64,000 nt of DNA from Octopus sinensis (GCF_006345805.1 NC_043010.1:56916001-56980000); one strand, 5' to 3'; numbered from the stretch's first letter, positions 38,586 through 53,330 are shown. A program made the numbers and translations. Notes: generated from the sequence alone by a model not told the origin.

Positions 38586-40094
38586 TAAGAGTGTGCATGT
38601 ATATGCGTGTGTGCATGCATGCACACACTACTACTACAAGATAGTTAAGCAGCTCCCTTTTCGACAGAAATCTGCTTACCTTTGGATTCTATATCCATTA
38701 ACATCCCTGTCTTTGTAACCTACTGTGCTGCGTATGTGAAAGATTCGACAGGGTCACTCAGCCTGTTAGATCTAGTTGTTGAATCACACTGTACCATCTA
38801 AAATAAAGAATGTGTTAGATAATATAGAAAAGACAGGGAAGTCATAGCTGGAATGTCTTTAATTACAGGTCTGCATTGTTGCAGTTAATCTGGAGTTAAC
38901 AATCTACTAAATCCAAATAGTATGAAACCCATCTGAAACTATTCCCTCCTTACAAAATTGCCTTTTTAAGAGGAAAAATTGTGTTTCTGTTTCATCTGTT
39001 GTCTTCCCCCCCCCCCCCTTTTCTGTTGTCTCATCAAATGTACAATAAGATGGCTGCAGCCACTAATGGATTGTCCCCCTCCCCCTTACAACAATAACCA
39101 TCATGATCGAATCTTTCAACTCCATTGTTTTGTTTTGTTTCTTTCTTGGTTCTTAACCAAGTCGATGATGATGATGATGCTGCAGTTATGTCTGTCACAG
39201 AAGGCAACACTGTACTCAGGTCCTGTTGTGTCTGCTATCTGAGAAGGCTTCAGATTTGATCTTATGAAACGTGTCGAGAGTTCAGTGGGAAATGAGTTGT
39301 TGTAGCCTACACCACCACCACCACCACCACACCACATATGCTTGAATATGATTTATGGTACCCCATACCACTACACCTTAATGTACCCCACACTATTATT
39401 ACACTGTAGAGTACCCATTACCGCTTATAGACTATAAATAGAGCCCCTGATTAACCTTGGTTAGACCAAAGCCTTCCAGCTTTGTTTTTTTTTTATTGTT
39501 ATCTATTTGCAGTTGTGTCCTTGTCCTTCCTTTTTTAAGATGGTGGTTGGTTATGATTTGATGGAGATTCTAACAACTCTGTCAACTTGTCAATAGCATT
39601 TTCAACATTACTCAAGTAATCACTTGCTATTGATCTTTCTCATTGGTTTTTTCCAGTCCAAACTATGTCACCACATTTTTCAAATTTATTTAAAATATTT
39701 TGTTTCCTAATTATTTATTCCAACAGTTTTAAACAAATCTTTGAACCTGCGTCTATCTTTTCAAAGATCCTAAATATTCTCATTAGTGTTCACACTGTTT
39801 ATTTGATCATTTAGTTGCGGCACTTCTCTGACAAAATGGCTTGCTTTCTAACCCCTTCTTTCCCTATGGGTACTTTCTTTACCAACTTTAAAAAGACATC
39901 TATAAGATGTCATCTCTGTGCACTCAACTCTGGGCACACATTTCTTTCGGACCAAAACATTTTGTAAGTTAAAGAAGATGATTATGTAACTCCTGTTGTC
40001 ATTCATTTATTAATTTATATATGTATGTGTGTGTATACTAACACATATATTATACGTATATATATGTGTGTGTGTGTGTGTATAAATATATGCA

Positions 40095-40305
40095 CTGGCT
40101 TCCATGCTGGTGGCATGTAAGAAGCACCAACCGATCATGGCTGTTACCAGCCTCCTCTGGCCCCTCATGGGGTGGTTGGTGTTAGGAAGGGCATCCAGCT
40201 GTAGAAACACTATCAGATCAGACTGGAGCTTGGTGCAGCCTCCTGGCTTTCCAGACCCCAGTCGAACCATCCAACCCATGCTAGCATGGAAAATGGATGT
40301 TAAAT
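40095..40305 (+). mobile_element. Family C non-autonomous retroelement
   Basis: GGTTGGTGTTAGGAAGGGCATCCAGC...CCATCCAACCCATGCTAGCATGGAAAATGGATGTTAAA. Confidence 0.78.
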
Positions 40306-41561
40306 TATATACACACATGTGTATATAATGTGGAAGATGCTGATACATGGCTGTGTCCCTGTTCAGCTTCTCACAAGTTGTAATCCTTTGGACAGCAAAG
40401 CAATGTTACCTCAATGATGACACATAGTGTTGCAGTGGATCATCAACTTCTGTTGATCAAATAAAGACTGCTCTCATTAAGTACTCACACACCTGCCCAT
40501 GAAAGTAAAGCACTACTCTGAGTTTCCAGTTTCACTTATGTCCTTCGAGTCGACTTAACCTGCAAGAAATAAAAAATTCAGAGCAGATGTTGAAAAAGGT
40601 TTAGCTTTGAAAAAATTAGTAACACCTGTTATGTCTATTTTGTCTTTTTGGGGGACATTTGTACATTCAAACAGAATGCATTCTCATACATACAGACCTG
40701 AATTTATCATCATTAACACATATACATTTCTCTCATGGCTACAAATATATAGACATTTATTGCCCAACTGCCCAACTTGTATGTGTAAAATTTTGATTTT
40801 AGTTGATTTTTTTTGTCTCCAAATGAAACTGCTACAACTGATTTTTTAATGTTGACCAAATGCAAGTAATTATTTACAAAATGTTCGTTTATTAAGATGG
40901 CTATATGATAGAAATTTTTACCCAGAATTCTCTGTCCACTGTGCTTTGAAGACTTTGCCAAGATTCACTCTGCAAATTTTATCAGAATACTCATGATTCT
41001 GGGGACTTTTATATTTCTTGTTACATTGTATTTTTGTCTTGTATGTTCAAAAGTTCTCTAAATGAAAATATTGTCTCCTTCCCTGCCGCTCATCTTTAAA
41101 AGTTTATTTTTTAAACAGCTTCTTTTTAATGAATTCCCATAATTCAATGGCAATCTCACACAGAATTCAATTTCCTGTATATCAAATTGACTTCATACAC
41201 AAATTTCAAATATTATATATTTCTACTGTTTTGATAGCGTTCACTAATTATATAATCTTATTTGGCTTCATTATTTAGTTTGTATTCAGTTAATTAATCA
41301 ACTTGTTTCTTCTCGATAATAACAATAGTTTAAAATTCTATTTGAGATTTTATTGCAATCTCTTCACAACGTTTCCCTTCCACATCGCCCACCCGACAAG
41401 CAAGCAGTGTTAATTTATCAATGACATATATATGCGTACACACATGCATCTTCACATTTTTACATGTGTACACACACGCATACATACACAAAATTACTAT
41501 ATTAACACATCAACACAATATTATATAAGTAACTATATATAACTATAAATGTATATGCCCC

Positions 41562-41596
<35 letters not shown>

Positions 41597-42215
41597 ATAT
41601 ATATCTTGTGAGTCATTCTATAGTTTACCTCCTGGACACTTTAGGTATTTGTATCATAAGGCGAGAAAAAACAGAATGAATGCAGTTATGTTAAAATTCT
41701 GTCTGAAATTTTGTCATATTGTCTCTTGGTAAAATATTTCTAGTAATATAATTATTTTACAAGTTTTCCTAGTCACAGCTATTAGTAAAATATATCAACT
41801 TTATAGAATTCAATCATAATTATGAACCCGAAACACACTGCAACTCTCAGGAAGTATGACTTTATATATCCCCAGCCACAAGAAAACATTAGCAAAAGTC
41901 ATCTTTAGGTGTAAATTTTAGTTCCTATTTTACTTTGGTGTTTGAAAAATATTTCTGAAGTTTTTTCTGGCTTCCTGGTTGGAATTACTTTGAGGAAACC
42001 CATCTGTGTATCTATGGAAGACAACAGTTTTGAACATGGTGTCGCCAAACATTTCCTATATTGTTTCTTATAGTAGTTACGAGAGTCTTTCAAAAGGGCT
42101 TTTCTGGATCAAAAGTGGTTTAATTCGGGTTACCTTCCCATCTTTTAAATTTGAAACTGCAGCTGCAAAGTTTTAGATATTAATGGGATTCTAGATGTGC
42201 AAGTAAATAATCAGG

Positions 42216-43012
42216 AAGATGGCGTTTTCTGTTCATGCGCATGAGTGTAAGTAGTAGTAACTTGAGCATGTATGCATGTGAAGAGACTTGCTTGGTATCT
42301 AACATGTGCAACTATGCAGTCACAGCACAGAGGTTTTTCCAGCTAGAATGCTGTCCTGTGCATTTAATAAATGTAAATGTTCTGCGCATGTCTATTGATA
42401 GTGAGGACTATGGTGCAGTATGAGAATGCAAAAAGGAATAATAAGGTTCTAGAATTTAGAGGTCATCGGTCCTGTGATGAGTAGAAAGCCTGCTGACAAT
42501 AAAATCCTCTTGGACTGGGTTGGGTATCTAACTGCAGGTAGGCTCTTCAACTATCACAAGTATAATGGTGGCTATATTTAGATGTGCATTTTAAACTGTT
42601 TATTGAAATGGCTCGACTTTCTTTCTTTCCCTGTTACACATTTAAAGTAGTTGCTTCAACTTTCTTTAGGCTTTCGAGAAACAAATAAAGTTGTTTTCCT
42701 TGCAACATATTGTATAGTTAAATTTCTAGTGGAACCTTTGAATTGTTTTGTAGCAGTTTCAAATAATATTAACTGGCTTGTTGTGTTAGTTTGTCAGGTG
42801 TGCATGCAGTCTTGATTTTAAATAGAGCTCTCTGTCTGCTGCTATCTTTCTCTTTCCTCTGACCGCTCTTGTTGTTGTTGCTGCTGCTGCTGCTGTTGCA
42901 ACTCTTACTAATTCTGTCATTGCTGTAGCTGCTGCTGCATTGTTGTGCAGCCGTCTGTCTGTGTCTGTGCAGTTTGTAACCGATACCTCAGCTGCAGCTA
43001 CGACGCCATCTT
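42216..43012. promoter_or_regulatory. Candidate promoter: YY1-like and NRF1-like motifs in non-repeat, CpG-containing sequence
   Basis: AAGATGGCG (42216-42224), palindrome CATGCGCATG (42234-42243), TGCGCATG (42383-42390), CGCCATCTT (43004-43012). Motif matches only. Confidence 0.3.
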
Positions 43013-45119
43013 ACATATATCTGCTTCTTGCTTGAACAGTTTACTTTGGCAAACTCGACCGGTTGAAGTCCACTTCTCTCTCTTTACTCCTTTCCCCTCA
43101 AACTTGTGTGCTGGCTGTCCAACTTTTCCCATTCCTCACTGAGACTACGTCTACCAAAGCTATATGCATCTAACAAACTAAACCACCAACATTATATAAT
43201 GTATGTAAGGGTGAGTTGGTAGTAGATAATACTTTTTAGGTTTCTTCTGTTTTTGTTTAGTCACTCTCACTACATGTTTGCATTGGTTTATATGCTTTCT
43301 ACTCATGTGTGTGTGGACACACACATCATATGCATGTAAACATACATATATTAATGTGTGTGTGTGTGTGTGTATAGACAACTATTTATGCATATGTGTG
43401 TGAATGTATATATACATACACATACAGAATGTGTGTGTATGTGTATATATAGATATATATATGAGTGTGTGAGTGTCTGTATGCATCTGTGTCTTTGTAT
43501 AGGTGCATGTCTGCTAGACATGCACCACCTATGTGTACATAGGAACATGTTTATTTATGTCTGTGGAACAGCTCCATGTCTCCATGTCTCCAGTGTCGGT
43601 TCCCACAATATTTTCGGTTTGTCTCGTTAGTTTCTTCAATTTGGTTGGAAGCTTTCTCAACTTTTCATTGAAAACTTACCTTACTTCCTTCTACTCACGA
43701 CTTGTTTCCACTCTCTTTACTGTTTTTTCTAGTCGCAGTAAACATTGTTTTATTTCATAACAAACTCAATATTTCTTTCATCTTTTAACATTTAGTTTTG
43801 TTTTCTCCTCAATATTTCTTTTTGATTGCCAATCTTAACTGCTCCAAATTATTATTACTATTATTATTATTCCATTCTCAACTCTGTCGTACCTTCTATT
43901 TATAGTCTGTACTTTTTCTAGACAAAAGCTTAGAGAATTCGTGTTGTTATTTCTCGATTTTATTTAGTTGGTTCGGTCAGAGAATTTTGGTTGTAACAGA
44001 AGTTCTCAATGAAGCTTTTGTTTCTGTTAAGTCACATTCATCAAACTTTTTATAGTTTTCCTTGAAATTCAAGTTCATTTATTTTTCAAACTGACTTTAT
44101 CCTCTAAATACAAACTTATTCTTGTTTAATCGAACACAGCTGTCTTTTTCCTCCTCCTTTCCCTCTTCCTGATCATTATGATTTAAAAAACCCCAAAGAG
44201 CTCAATTTTCAGAAACTCAACCAAACCAACATTGTTTTACATTTTGTGAAAATGCATTAACACAGGTGAAATGTATTCGTCATTTGATAAACACTTTGAT
44301 ATGATCCATATTGCACCTATACTTCTTTTTGCGGATCTTAACCAATAACTTCTTTTTCAATAACATTATATGAATTAACTGTCCAAGAAAGTTTTCCCTT
44401 GCTTCAGTTTTTCTTGTGCTATTAGCAATTACTGGTTCTAAACATCTGATATTGTTGTCGGGGGTTTCCTTTAGACGTTGTATCAATGCACAAGTAAGTG
44501 TTTTCTTTACAATAATTCATCAGTAAACTTGATTGACTCTCAAATGTTCACTCAAAATGGTAAGAACTCAACTTTTATGAAGACATCTTCCATGTAAAAT
44601 TTAACTTAAGATAACCAATATTTAATGACAATAATGTGAAATATAGAAGCCAAAGTTTCTTATAATAATTTGCGTTTTCTTAAAAGTTTTACAATTATGT
44701 ATTTTTAATGATTAAAAAAAACCCCACTAATTCAGTGAAAACTGTTTCTAATGAAGGTTCAGTGGTAGACACAATTTATTAAGCCTACTGCTATATTTTT
44801 CTGAAACATCCAGGGTGCAGTGTGTGCAGTGTGCGCATGTCCCTTCTCAGTCTTGTAAGCTTTGTCAGAAATTCGCGAAAAAATTTCATGTGAAACTTAA
44901 AGATTGGTAAATTTATTGTAGATATTAGTTTTATATCAGTCTATTATTATAATATCGTTTATAATCAAGTCGAACACTTTAGGTAAGTTATATTTTTTTA
45001 AAATTTTAGTACAAAACTCGACATAGTTTAAGTCGACCAATACAATCAATAGATTCTCATTTGATTTTACTCACCTCATATCAATCTTCAATAGTTTTTC
45101 TTTCGTTAAACTATTTTTA

Positions 45120-46220
45120 CTTTAATATTTTCAGCCTGTTCTCTTTGTTTTCTCTGGGTCTGCATGAGGTTGTGTGCATTGGCAGACACTATGCAATCTA
45201 TGTGCAACTGACTGCTTGGTCATGACAATTGATATCTACTGCATGTGTAAAAGTGTGGGGGGAATTTGCAACTGCACTCACCACATTTTGGCAACAGCTA
45301 ACACCATATTTTGCAGTCTTCTTATTTACAGCCAGGCTATTTGTTACAGCAAGTTGTTACTCTAATTTTTTTTTAAATTGGAAACAGTTTTTATTGTGGT
45401 TTGCACACAGTACAGTCTCGAGATGTGCAGTTGTAGCCTGGTGGCCTGAAACCGAAATAAAATGCAGTTGTGTTTTGTTTTAAAGTGATTTCATGATATG
45501 TCCTCTTTCTGGTTCTATCGACTAATTTACTTGGGAGAAGAAGTATATTTTCAAAAACGAAAAGGTATACATTTAAATTTGAATCTTCAAAAATCTCCTT
45601 CGAATCCACTTGTAAAATGCAGCGACAAGTTGGTAATTTATGTGGACGAGTTCTATGGTATGAGAGTTCGAGAAGTGGCTCATATATCTGTTAATGAAGG
45701 TGCATCACTACAATATATGTAAAATGTCGTCTGATATTTAGTCTTTCGATGATATTTTAACCTCTTTCAACTTTAAGTCATCGCCGCTATCTTTCGCAGT
45801 AGATTATTTCTTTAGCAAATTATTAGAAGCCTCTGTATGCAGTGATAATGACAATATTTGTTGCAATAGTTGTCTTATTTCTTTGATGGGTTTCTGGAAA
45901 CATTTCACATTCGAAGAAATCATAAGTCAAATTTCATGCTTTTTATGTAGATTTATCAAAAACATATTCCATTTTTGTATGATTTTAGTCTCTGTTGGAA
46001 CTGCGCAGTTTTTGAAGCCGGTTTTTATTTGATGGACCAATGAAAGTTTTTCTACCCAGGATGCCATTTTATCAAGTGTCTGTTGCCTGTTTAATATACC
46101 CTTTCTTCTTCAGCAGTTTTTGATCATCAAAATAATTAGTAAACTTCTAAAATCTATGCTTAACATGTGGTTTACATAATCTTCATCATTCTCAAAGGTT
46201 GAAATATCCCCTGCTTAAAA
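45120..46220 (-). pseudogene. Decayed DNA-transposase-like ORF with a SWIM-type Cys/His cluster (MULE-like?)
   Basis: A minus frame stays mostly open over ~1 kb with scattered stops and shifts; near its end PKCGECSCKFPPHFYTCS and, after a frameshift, VAHRLHSVCQC. Confidence 0.38.
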
Positions 46221-46619
46221 TCTTCGCTATTTTATAAGCTAAAACCTTCTGTTTAATTTTAGTGAAGGACCCTAGTCCATTGTTCGTTTAACATGACGTT
46301 GTGAACTTAGCCTCGGTTAGCAAAGTCACACTAAAATATGCAACAATTACTCTTATACAATGTGGTAAACATCGCAACACATTATTGAAAGTGATTTCTC
46401 AACCTTCTGATCAGTTTCAAACAAAAATCTAAGTTTATTTGTTAACAAATCTTGTATCTCTAACAATCTTGTTGAATCATCCAACTAGGAAGGGCCTCTT
46501 GATTTTTATCCTCTTGAGAAATTGTATTTTCACATTTTTGTTTTTCTAAACAAAAAAGACTATTCGGGTGATCCTAATTGAGACAAAAAAAACCCTTCTT
46601 TAATATATATGAAGCAATA

Positions 46620-46820
46620 TGGCGGCAAGCTGGCGGAATTGTTAGCATGGTGGGCAAAATGCTTAGTGATTTTGCATTCTGAGTTCAAATTCCGCTGAGG
46701 TCGACTTTGCCTTTCATCATTTTGGGGTTGATAAAATAAGTACCAGCTGAGCACTGGGATGAATTTAATCGACTTACCCCCTCCTCCAAAATTGCTTGCC
46801 TTGTACCATATTTGAAATAT
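46620..46820 (+). mobile_element. SINE family A
   Basis: GGCGGCAAGCTGGCGGAATTGTTAGCA...GAGTTCAAATTCCGCTGAGGTCGACTTTGCCTTTCATC...AATAAGTACCAG. Confidence 0.83.
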
Positions 46821-47307
46821 ATTTATATATATAAAGCAATCCATCTAATGTTTATGAGTAATTTTGTCTGATGTTCCTGTCTCTGTCTGTCTTGCGTCTC
46901 CATTAACAAATGGTAACAGGAATATTCTTGTAAACAATGAGCTTTGATGATATTTAACAGGAGGAACATTTAAACTGGTTTGAAATGAGATTAAACGTTT
47001 GATTATTTTAGCATAAATTATTGCTAATATGAAACCGTAACAATATTTAAACTAGTATTAACAAATATTCCAGTTATTATCTCCATGCCAATTTAAGGAA
47101 TATTTTACAGTTGTATGTGTTTATTCCATCACAGGAGCCTTGACCATTTCTCTTATTACTTAAATTTCACATTTGTGACTTTCAGAATGCAATGGTCAAT
47201 ATTTACTCAACACTAAGTTGTTAAGGCTCACTTTGTACAGTAGATGGCGAAAGTGAAGGGTTTGAAAGCTTACTGTCATAGATCACAGCTTTAGAAAGTT
47301 TGTATGA

Positions 47308-47354
<47 letters not shown>

Positions 47355-50300
47355 TGGACTCTTTATTGACTTGCTTGACATTATTAGTTGTTTATTATAC
47401 GTAAAGTTTGTAATATGTTAATGAGGTTTGTTCTGCAGGGTACATCCTCCTCCTCTCCCTCATTGTTAATTGGTTATCCTTACTTTTACCAAGTATTTTA
47501 CAGTAAGACTGGATACAGCAAGAGACAGGCTGTCTGTAGTAGAGTAAAGACTTCACTCAGCGCCTCCTATCAGTTATTATTTTTCTAGATGGATTACCTA
47601 CCTTGGCTGCAGCTCCTTCGTAAATCTCAGTATTATAAACTATATAGTCAGTTTTGAGGATTACGACACATATAAACACTAATTTAATCACTTAATACAC
47701 TTAGAAAATTATGCTACACATGTAAACCCATTGAGCTGTTGCTAGCTTTCATTGTAATCAGATTTTGTGTCTACACTGTCGTAAAATATGAAAACCTCAA
47801 TCTCCAAACCATCTCAGTTCCCGACCAAATGTGAACAGTTCTACTTCTTCTACAGAAAAATCTCTCTGCAAAACTATTTTCTTCAAATATTTTGAGGCTA
47901 AAGAAAATCTTTCCATCTCAGTTGTTTGTTCAGTGATTCTGGCATTTCAGTTTATCAAAATCCGCTGTATCAACTTCATTCCATATCACCATTACCGACA
48001 CCACAAACAGCAACCATATTTCTAGGCACTACTAAATCTGGAATACCTTCTTAGCGCTTTCTCTTTCATGCATGCGCGCGCACGCACACACACACACAGC
48101 ACTGGGTTATTGTCATTTTATTAATGTTTTACATTTCATGTTGTTTAAACTTTTATTTTATCAAATTTATTTGGATTGAATTATTTAAATTATTTGCAAA
48201 GTTATAAAGGTTTTCTAATTGTTTGGGCCATTTTGATCTCTAAATAATCCTTCACAAAACCTTCACATTTAATTGTACTTACAACATTATTTGCCCAATA
48301 TGTCTTTCCATATAGTATGTTAACAACCTTGTGTCAGTGTCATTACTGGAGGATCACCCTTTGATTTTATTGTCTTTCTCTTTCCCTCTTCACCTTACTG
48401 TTGGATCCAATTGAAATTAAAATAGACTTTTCACTGAGTTTACTAGTATCTTCAAACACCTTTTCAAAACTAACATCTACCACACAGTATTAATCTGTGG
48501 TACTAAATCAACATTGTTCTTGGGAAATCACACCTACTAATCAATACTATAGCCATCATTTACAGCTTTTAAATGCTTTTTCTTTACTTAGGTGTTAGAT
48601 ATTGGTTAGATGACTGAATCATCACTCTCAAATGGTCATTGAATTTCTCATAGAAAACGGTCATCATCATCATCATCACCAATACCATCACCTTTATAAT
48701 TGTTATTGTTATCATCATTTTGACATTGGTTGAATTTGTCTCCCACACACTGTCTGTTTGTGTATCTTGATTGTCTATTACCTTTAATATGTGATCTGAG
48801 CTCTTCTGAAGCCTTCCTTGGTCTACTGCATTGTATATATCAAGTAATGTTTTTGATACCATTTTCTATTTTGTTTTCTTCCCCCATCTCATTAGAATGC
48901 CTCCACCAAAAGCCATTGTTTTATTATTGTTGACTTCCAGCTCTATTCTACATAATTGTACCTTTGAGCTTTGGAAGCTGTCGCTTACAGAAATCCTTAA
49001 TAACCTTGACACAATCTTGGTTCTCTCCTACTTCCTTTCCATAAACTGAACTTGCTAACCACCAGCCTTTGTTAAAATACGCATCTTACTAGGAATCAGC
49101 TCACAAACTACCAAACTTTATTGACATCATCGTCATAACCGTCATCAAGATCGTTTAATGTGTGACTTACATGCTGCCATGAGTCAGATGGTGAGACAGG
49201 ATCCTAAGAGTCAAACGGCTGTGTTGAGCTGCAACGCCTGTTTTTGGCCTGATACCATTTCTAATGTCAACCACTTTGCAAAGTGTTCCAGGTGTTTATT
49301 TTTCACAGCACCAGCACTAGTGACGTGCCAAAGCCTGGATGGGTGCTGCAGTATTGAGGGAGGGGCTTTGAGCCAGGTGATGGTAGTTGGGCAGAGAGAG
49401 GAGTGTTGCTGTAAAAGAGAGACATACCTATCCCAGCAGGACAAAGTGTACTCTCAAGTTCCAAGAGGGCAGATAAATGGGAGAACAGGGAGAGGGGATT
49501 GAGGACAGGTGGCTGAATATGTTTGCAAGAATGAAAAGAGAAAGACAAATGGTTAATGATAGGGATAGAGGTGAATGCAGTGAGTGATGGACAAGGGTAG
49601 AGGTGTGGTCAGTGTAGATAGAGAGAGAGAGAGAGAGTTGTGTCAGATTCCAGTGTTTATTTTGCTGTGGTTTCTAAGGCTGGATACCCGCAGTGTGTAC
49701 TTAGTGCTTTTTTGTATCACCAACACCAGTGAGGTTGCCAAGTAACTCACAAGACCCCAGGTGTTGGGAGGCAAGAGTCTGCTACAGGAATAGGAACAGA
49801 TGTCTTACTGTGGAGGAGTTACATGGCTATGCCAGCTGGAAAAGGAGAGGATGTGAGGGTTACAAATATAGAGGGTTGAGTAAATTTGCATGAGATTGTT
49901 AGCTGTAGGGAATAAAGGAATATATGTGATGCAGTGAATAGGGGAGGGAGCATGGTGGTCAGTGGTGAATATCAGTTTAGGGGAAGGTGAAGGAAGTAGG
50001 AGTGGGGGAGAGGGAGGGGTGCTCAATGACAAGGGTATAGATCAGAGGTATGTAGGAGTGAATACTGAGAGAGAGAGAGGGAGAGAGGATTGTTAATGCT
50101 GATATGAGATGGAGTTCAGTAGTGGCATGGGATGACATGAGGAGGTGGATCGAAGGAGGGGGGAAACTGATGGCACAAAACTGTTGAAGATGAAATGTGT
50201 GCATCCTTGCTCTCATATAATTATTGTAATTAAAGCAGCTGCAGAAGTGCTGTAGTTAGAAGAGTAATGAAGGGACAGGGGTTAAGAAGATGAGATAGAA

Positions 50301-50958
50301 ATACATATACGTGTGTGTGTGGATGAGAAATGAAGGTAAACACAAGTTTATTTTATTAGTTCCTATGTATGTTTCACCATTCTGAGTTGCTTGGAACCTT
50401 GCATCATCTGTTTGAAGTGCATTTGGCTTCTTAAATAGAGCAGATTATCAGGGAACACTTTCTTGCCTTAAGTTACAGGGAACCAATGTCATTAGTTCTT
50501 TGTAACATAATGCAAAAAAGAGTTAATTTCTCCTACATTTCCTCTGTATTTCATGACTAGTAACACCACTCAGTGTAGTAATTACTTAACAACACTACAG
50601 AATGCAAACTGGATTATGAAAATCTATGTGGAACACAGCATGCATCTTTCCTGCACACATATGCATGCAAATACACAAATATATAGATATATGCATATTT
50701 AGATATATATGATGGCTGTCCACTTGTGATTGAAGAAGACCATCACTGACCATTAAGACCATTGGGCACTCAGACAAAATGACACTTGACACTTGTAGTT
50801 TTGCTCATAACTAATGAGCCCAACTCTTGATCAACTTACATAGCCACAGATATTACAGACCAACCTTGCCATTCACTACACTGGTGTTGTGTTTTCAAGC
50901 AATTCACTTAAATTCTGCTTTAGTTTTAATGAAAATGTATTTGTATTGTGTGTGTGTA

Positions 50959-51086
50959 CAGTAGTACCTCGGTTTACGAATGCCTCTGATCACGAATAAA
51001 TCATGCTTTATTTTTATATATATATATATATATAAAGCCTGACTTATTCGTGTGATCAGAGGCATTCGTAAACCGAGGTACTACTG
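50959..51086. mobile_element. pogo/Tigger-type MITE (128 bp)
   Basis: 41-bp TIR CAGTAGTACCTCGGTTTACGAATGCCTCTGATCACGAATAA (right copy has a 2-nt insertion), TA on both sides, (TA)n core. Confidence 0.88.
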
Positions 51087-51092
51087 TATGTA

Positions 51093-51139
<47 letters not shown>

Positions 51140-51179
51140 TATATATATATACATATATATGTATGCGTGTGCCTGCCTT

Positions 51180-51380
51180 TCTGTTTGTGTTTGTTCCCCC
51201 ACCACCACCACCTTGACAGTGAGTACTGCTTTGTTTATGTCTCTGTACCTTTGCGGCTGGGCAAAAGAGATCTATAGAATAAGTACCAAGCTTAAAATGA
51301 AGTCCTGGGGTCAATTTGCTTGACTAAGGCACTGCCCCAGCATGGCTGCTGTCCAATGACTGAAACAAATAGGAAATAAA
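51180..51380 (+). mobile_element. SINE family B
   Basis: GAATAAGTACCAAG...GTCCTGGGGTC...GCCCCAGCATGGCTGC...AATGACTGAAACAAATA; reverse complement of 53403-53615. Confidence 0.75.
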
Positions 51381-52879
51381 TGGTTTACATGTGTGTGTGT
51401 ATTTATCCTCCTCCTCCTCATTTAATATCTGTTTTCCATGCTGTCGCGTTTTGATGGTTTGAGAAGAACTGGCAATGCAGAAAACTGCCCCAACCTACAT
51501 TAGGTTGGGGTCCAGCATGCTCTCTACAGCTGGATGCCCTTCTTAATATCAACCACTTTACAGTGTATGCTGGATGCTTTTCATGCAGTACCCAGTATAC
51601 TCTGTGCCTTGGTGCTGTGAGCAGGTAACAAGAATCCCTCAACTGGAGTGGGTGGAGTGGTATTGAGGGAGGTGGCTTTCAACGAAGTGATGAGAGGTGA
51701 TAGAGGGACAGGAACAGGTGCCTTGCTGTAGAGCAGAGACATGGGTCACCCGGTTTGGGAAAGGAGAGCAGGAGAGAAGATGGTGTTGAAGAGGAAAATG
51801 AAGACAAGTGGTGTGGTTGGGTTTGTTGGTGTGTGAAGGAGAGTATCAGATAGATAGAAGCATGGTCAAGGGGAAGGTGGAGAGAGGTAATTGGTCTCCA
51901 CCATCTTTGTTGACATATATGTTGTAAGGGATGAATTTTTTGTTCATGCCACTTTTGCATCTCTTCTGATGCTGCAATCACCTGAATCACTGAGCACCAT
52001 TTGCTTGGTTTTCTTGTCTTTGTGTTGCACAGTCTAGTATTACCAAAACCAAGAAGCTTTCTTAGACTTCCATTCTTATCTCATGTACTCCAGTACATCT
52101 ATCCTGCTATATGCACACTCTCTGTATAATGTCCCTCATACCAACATTGCTTAAACACCATTATTAATTATCATAATTGTCTTACTGATTTCTACTGGAC
52201 TTCTTTGCCACGTCCCTTCAATATTTAACCAAGTTTGTAAATTTAGTCCTACATATGTACTGTGCCTATATCACCTTCAAACACACCTCTATACTAAGTG
52301 TGTCAATAGCATGAATCATATTTGTTTGTAAACATTAGAGATGTCTACTTTGTTAGAGCAGCTGGGTAGAGTACAAACCTCTGTAGGGGTTCAAGTCCTG
52401 GCATTCTCTTCTATTCACTTTATTTGCCAAAAAGCCACATCAGTTTCTGTTATAGTAAAAGGGTTCAGATTTTAAATGTGAAATGAAATGATGTCACAAA
52501 CAGGCTTTCCATGTGTTCTCTCAAAGAGAGAGAGAGAGAGTACACTAATTAGTGAGGCTGTGTAACTGATGTCCGTGCTGTCCAAAATTTGGCAATAAGC
52601 AATTCACTTTTTAGTGAGATAAAACAGATGTTATTGTTATGGAAACAGGATTAAATAGTTAGATTGTTTCTATGGGAGACTGAATTGAAAGATTCTTATT
52701 GCTAAAGATGTCTGTGTTGTGTTAGAACTGTTAGTGTATATAGATAATCTTAGTAATATTTGCAGTGTTGGCACTAATATATATCTCCATTGTCTCATAG
52801 AGCAATAGTCCTCCATATTATGTCTTTATTTTCTTTCTTCTCTATCAAAGTTCAGAGAGCTATTAACTTTTGTTGGTAA

Positions 52880-53330
52880 AAAAGGGTCTCTTCCTCAGAG
52901 TGAGAGGCATGTGTTGTGTACATGGTAGTGAAATGTGGGCTGTGGATGCTGAGGACATGCAAATTCTTGAAGGAAATTAGGCTGGCATGCTCTGCTACAT
53001 GTGCAATGTCAGTATGCATGTAGAGCAAAATGTAAATCTATTGAGAGAAAATTTGGGGGTAAGATGTATTAAATGTAGTGTGCCAGAGAGAAGACTGTGA
53101 TGGTATGGTGATGTGATGGGTAAGGACGAGGATAGCAACATAAAGAAGTGGCAGTCGCTAAGTTTGGAAGGAGACCCAGGGAGATGTAGAATGAAGTGGT
53201 GAAAAATGATCTTCAGATGTTGAGCCTCCCAGAGATGTAAAGGACCAAGATGATTAACGATTTACTATACTTAATACTTCTGAAGGTCCACCCAGCTAAG
53301 TAAAATTGAGACCATGAAAGCATATCATTT
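52880..53330 (+). mobile_element. RTE-clade LINE ORF C-terminus and 3' end, decayed
   Basis: HGSEMWA...EDMQILE...MLCYMCNVS...LREN LG.R...QERRL*WYG.VM: post-RT region of RTE elements with stops. Confidence 0.78.

Noticed and set aside
47750-48070. Possible second Penelope 3' end (LGTLN...FSF)
   Set aside because: Too decayed; only one short motif resembles the family.
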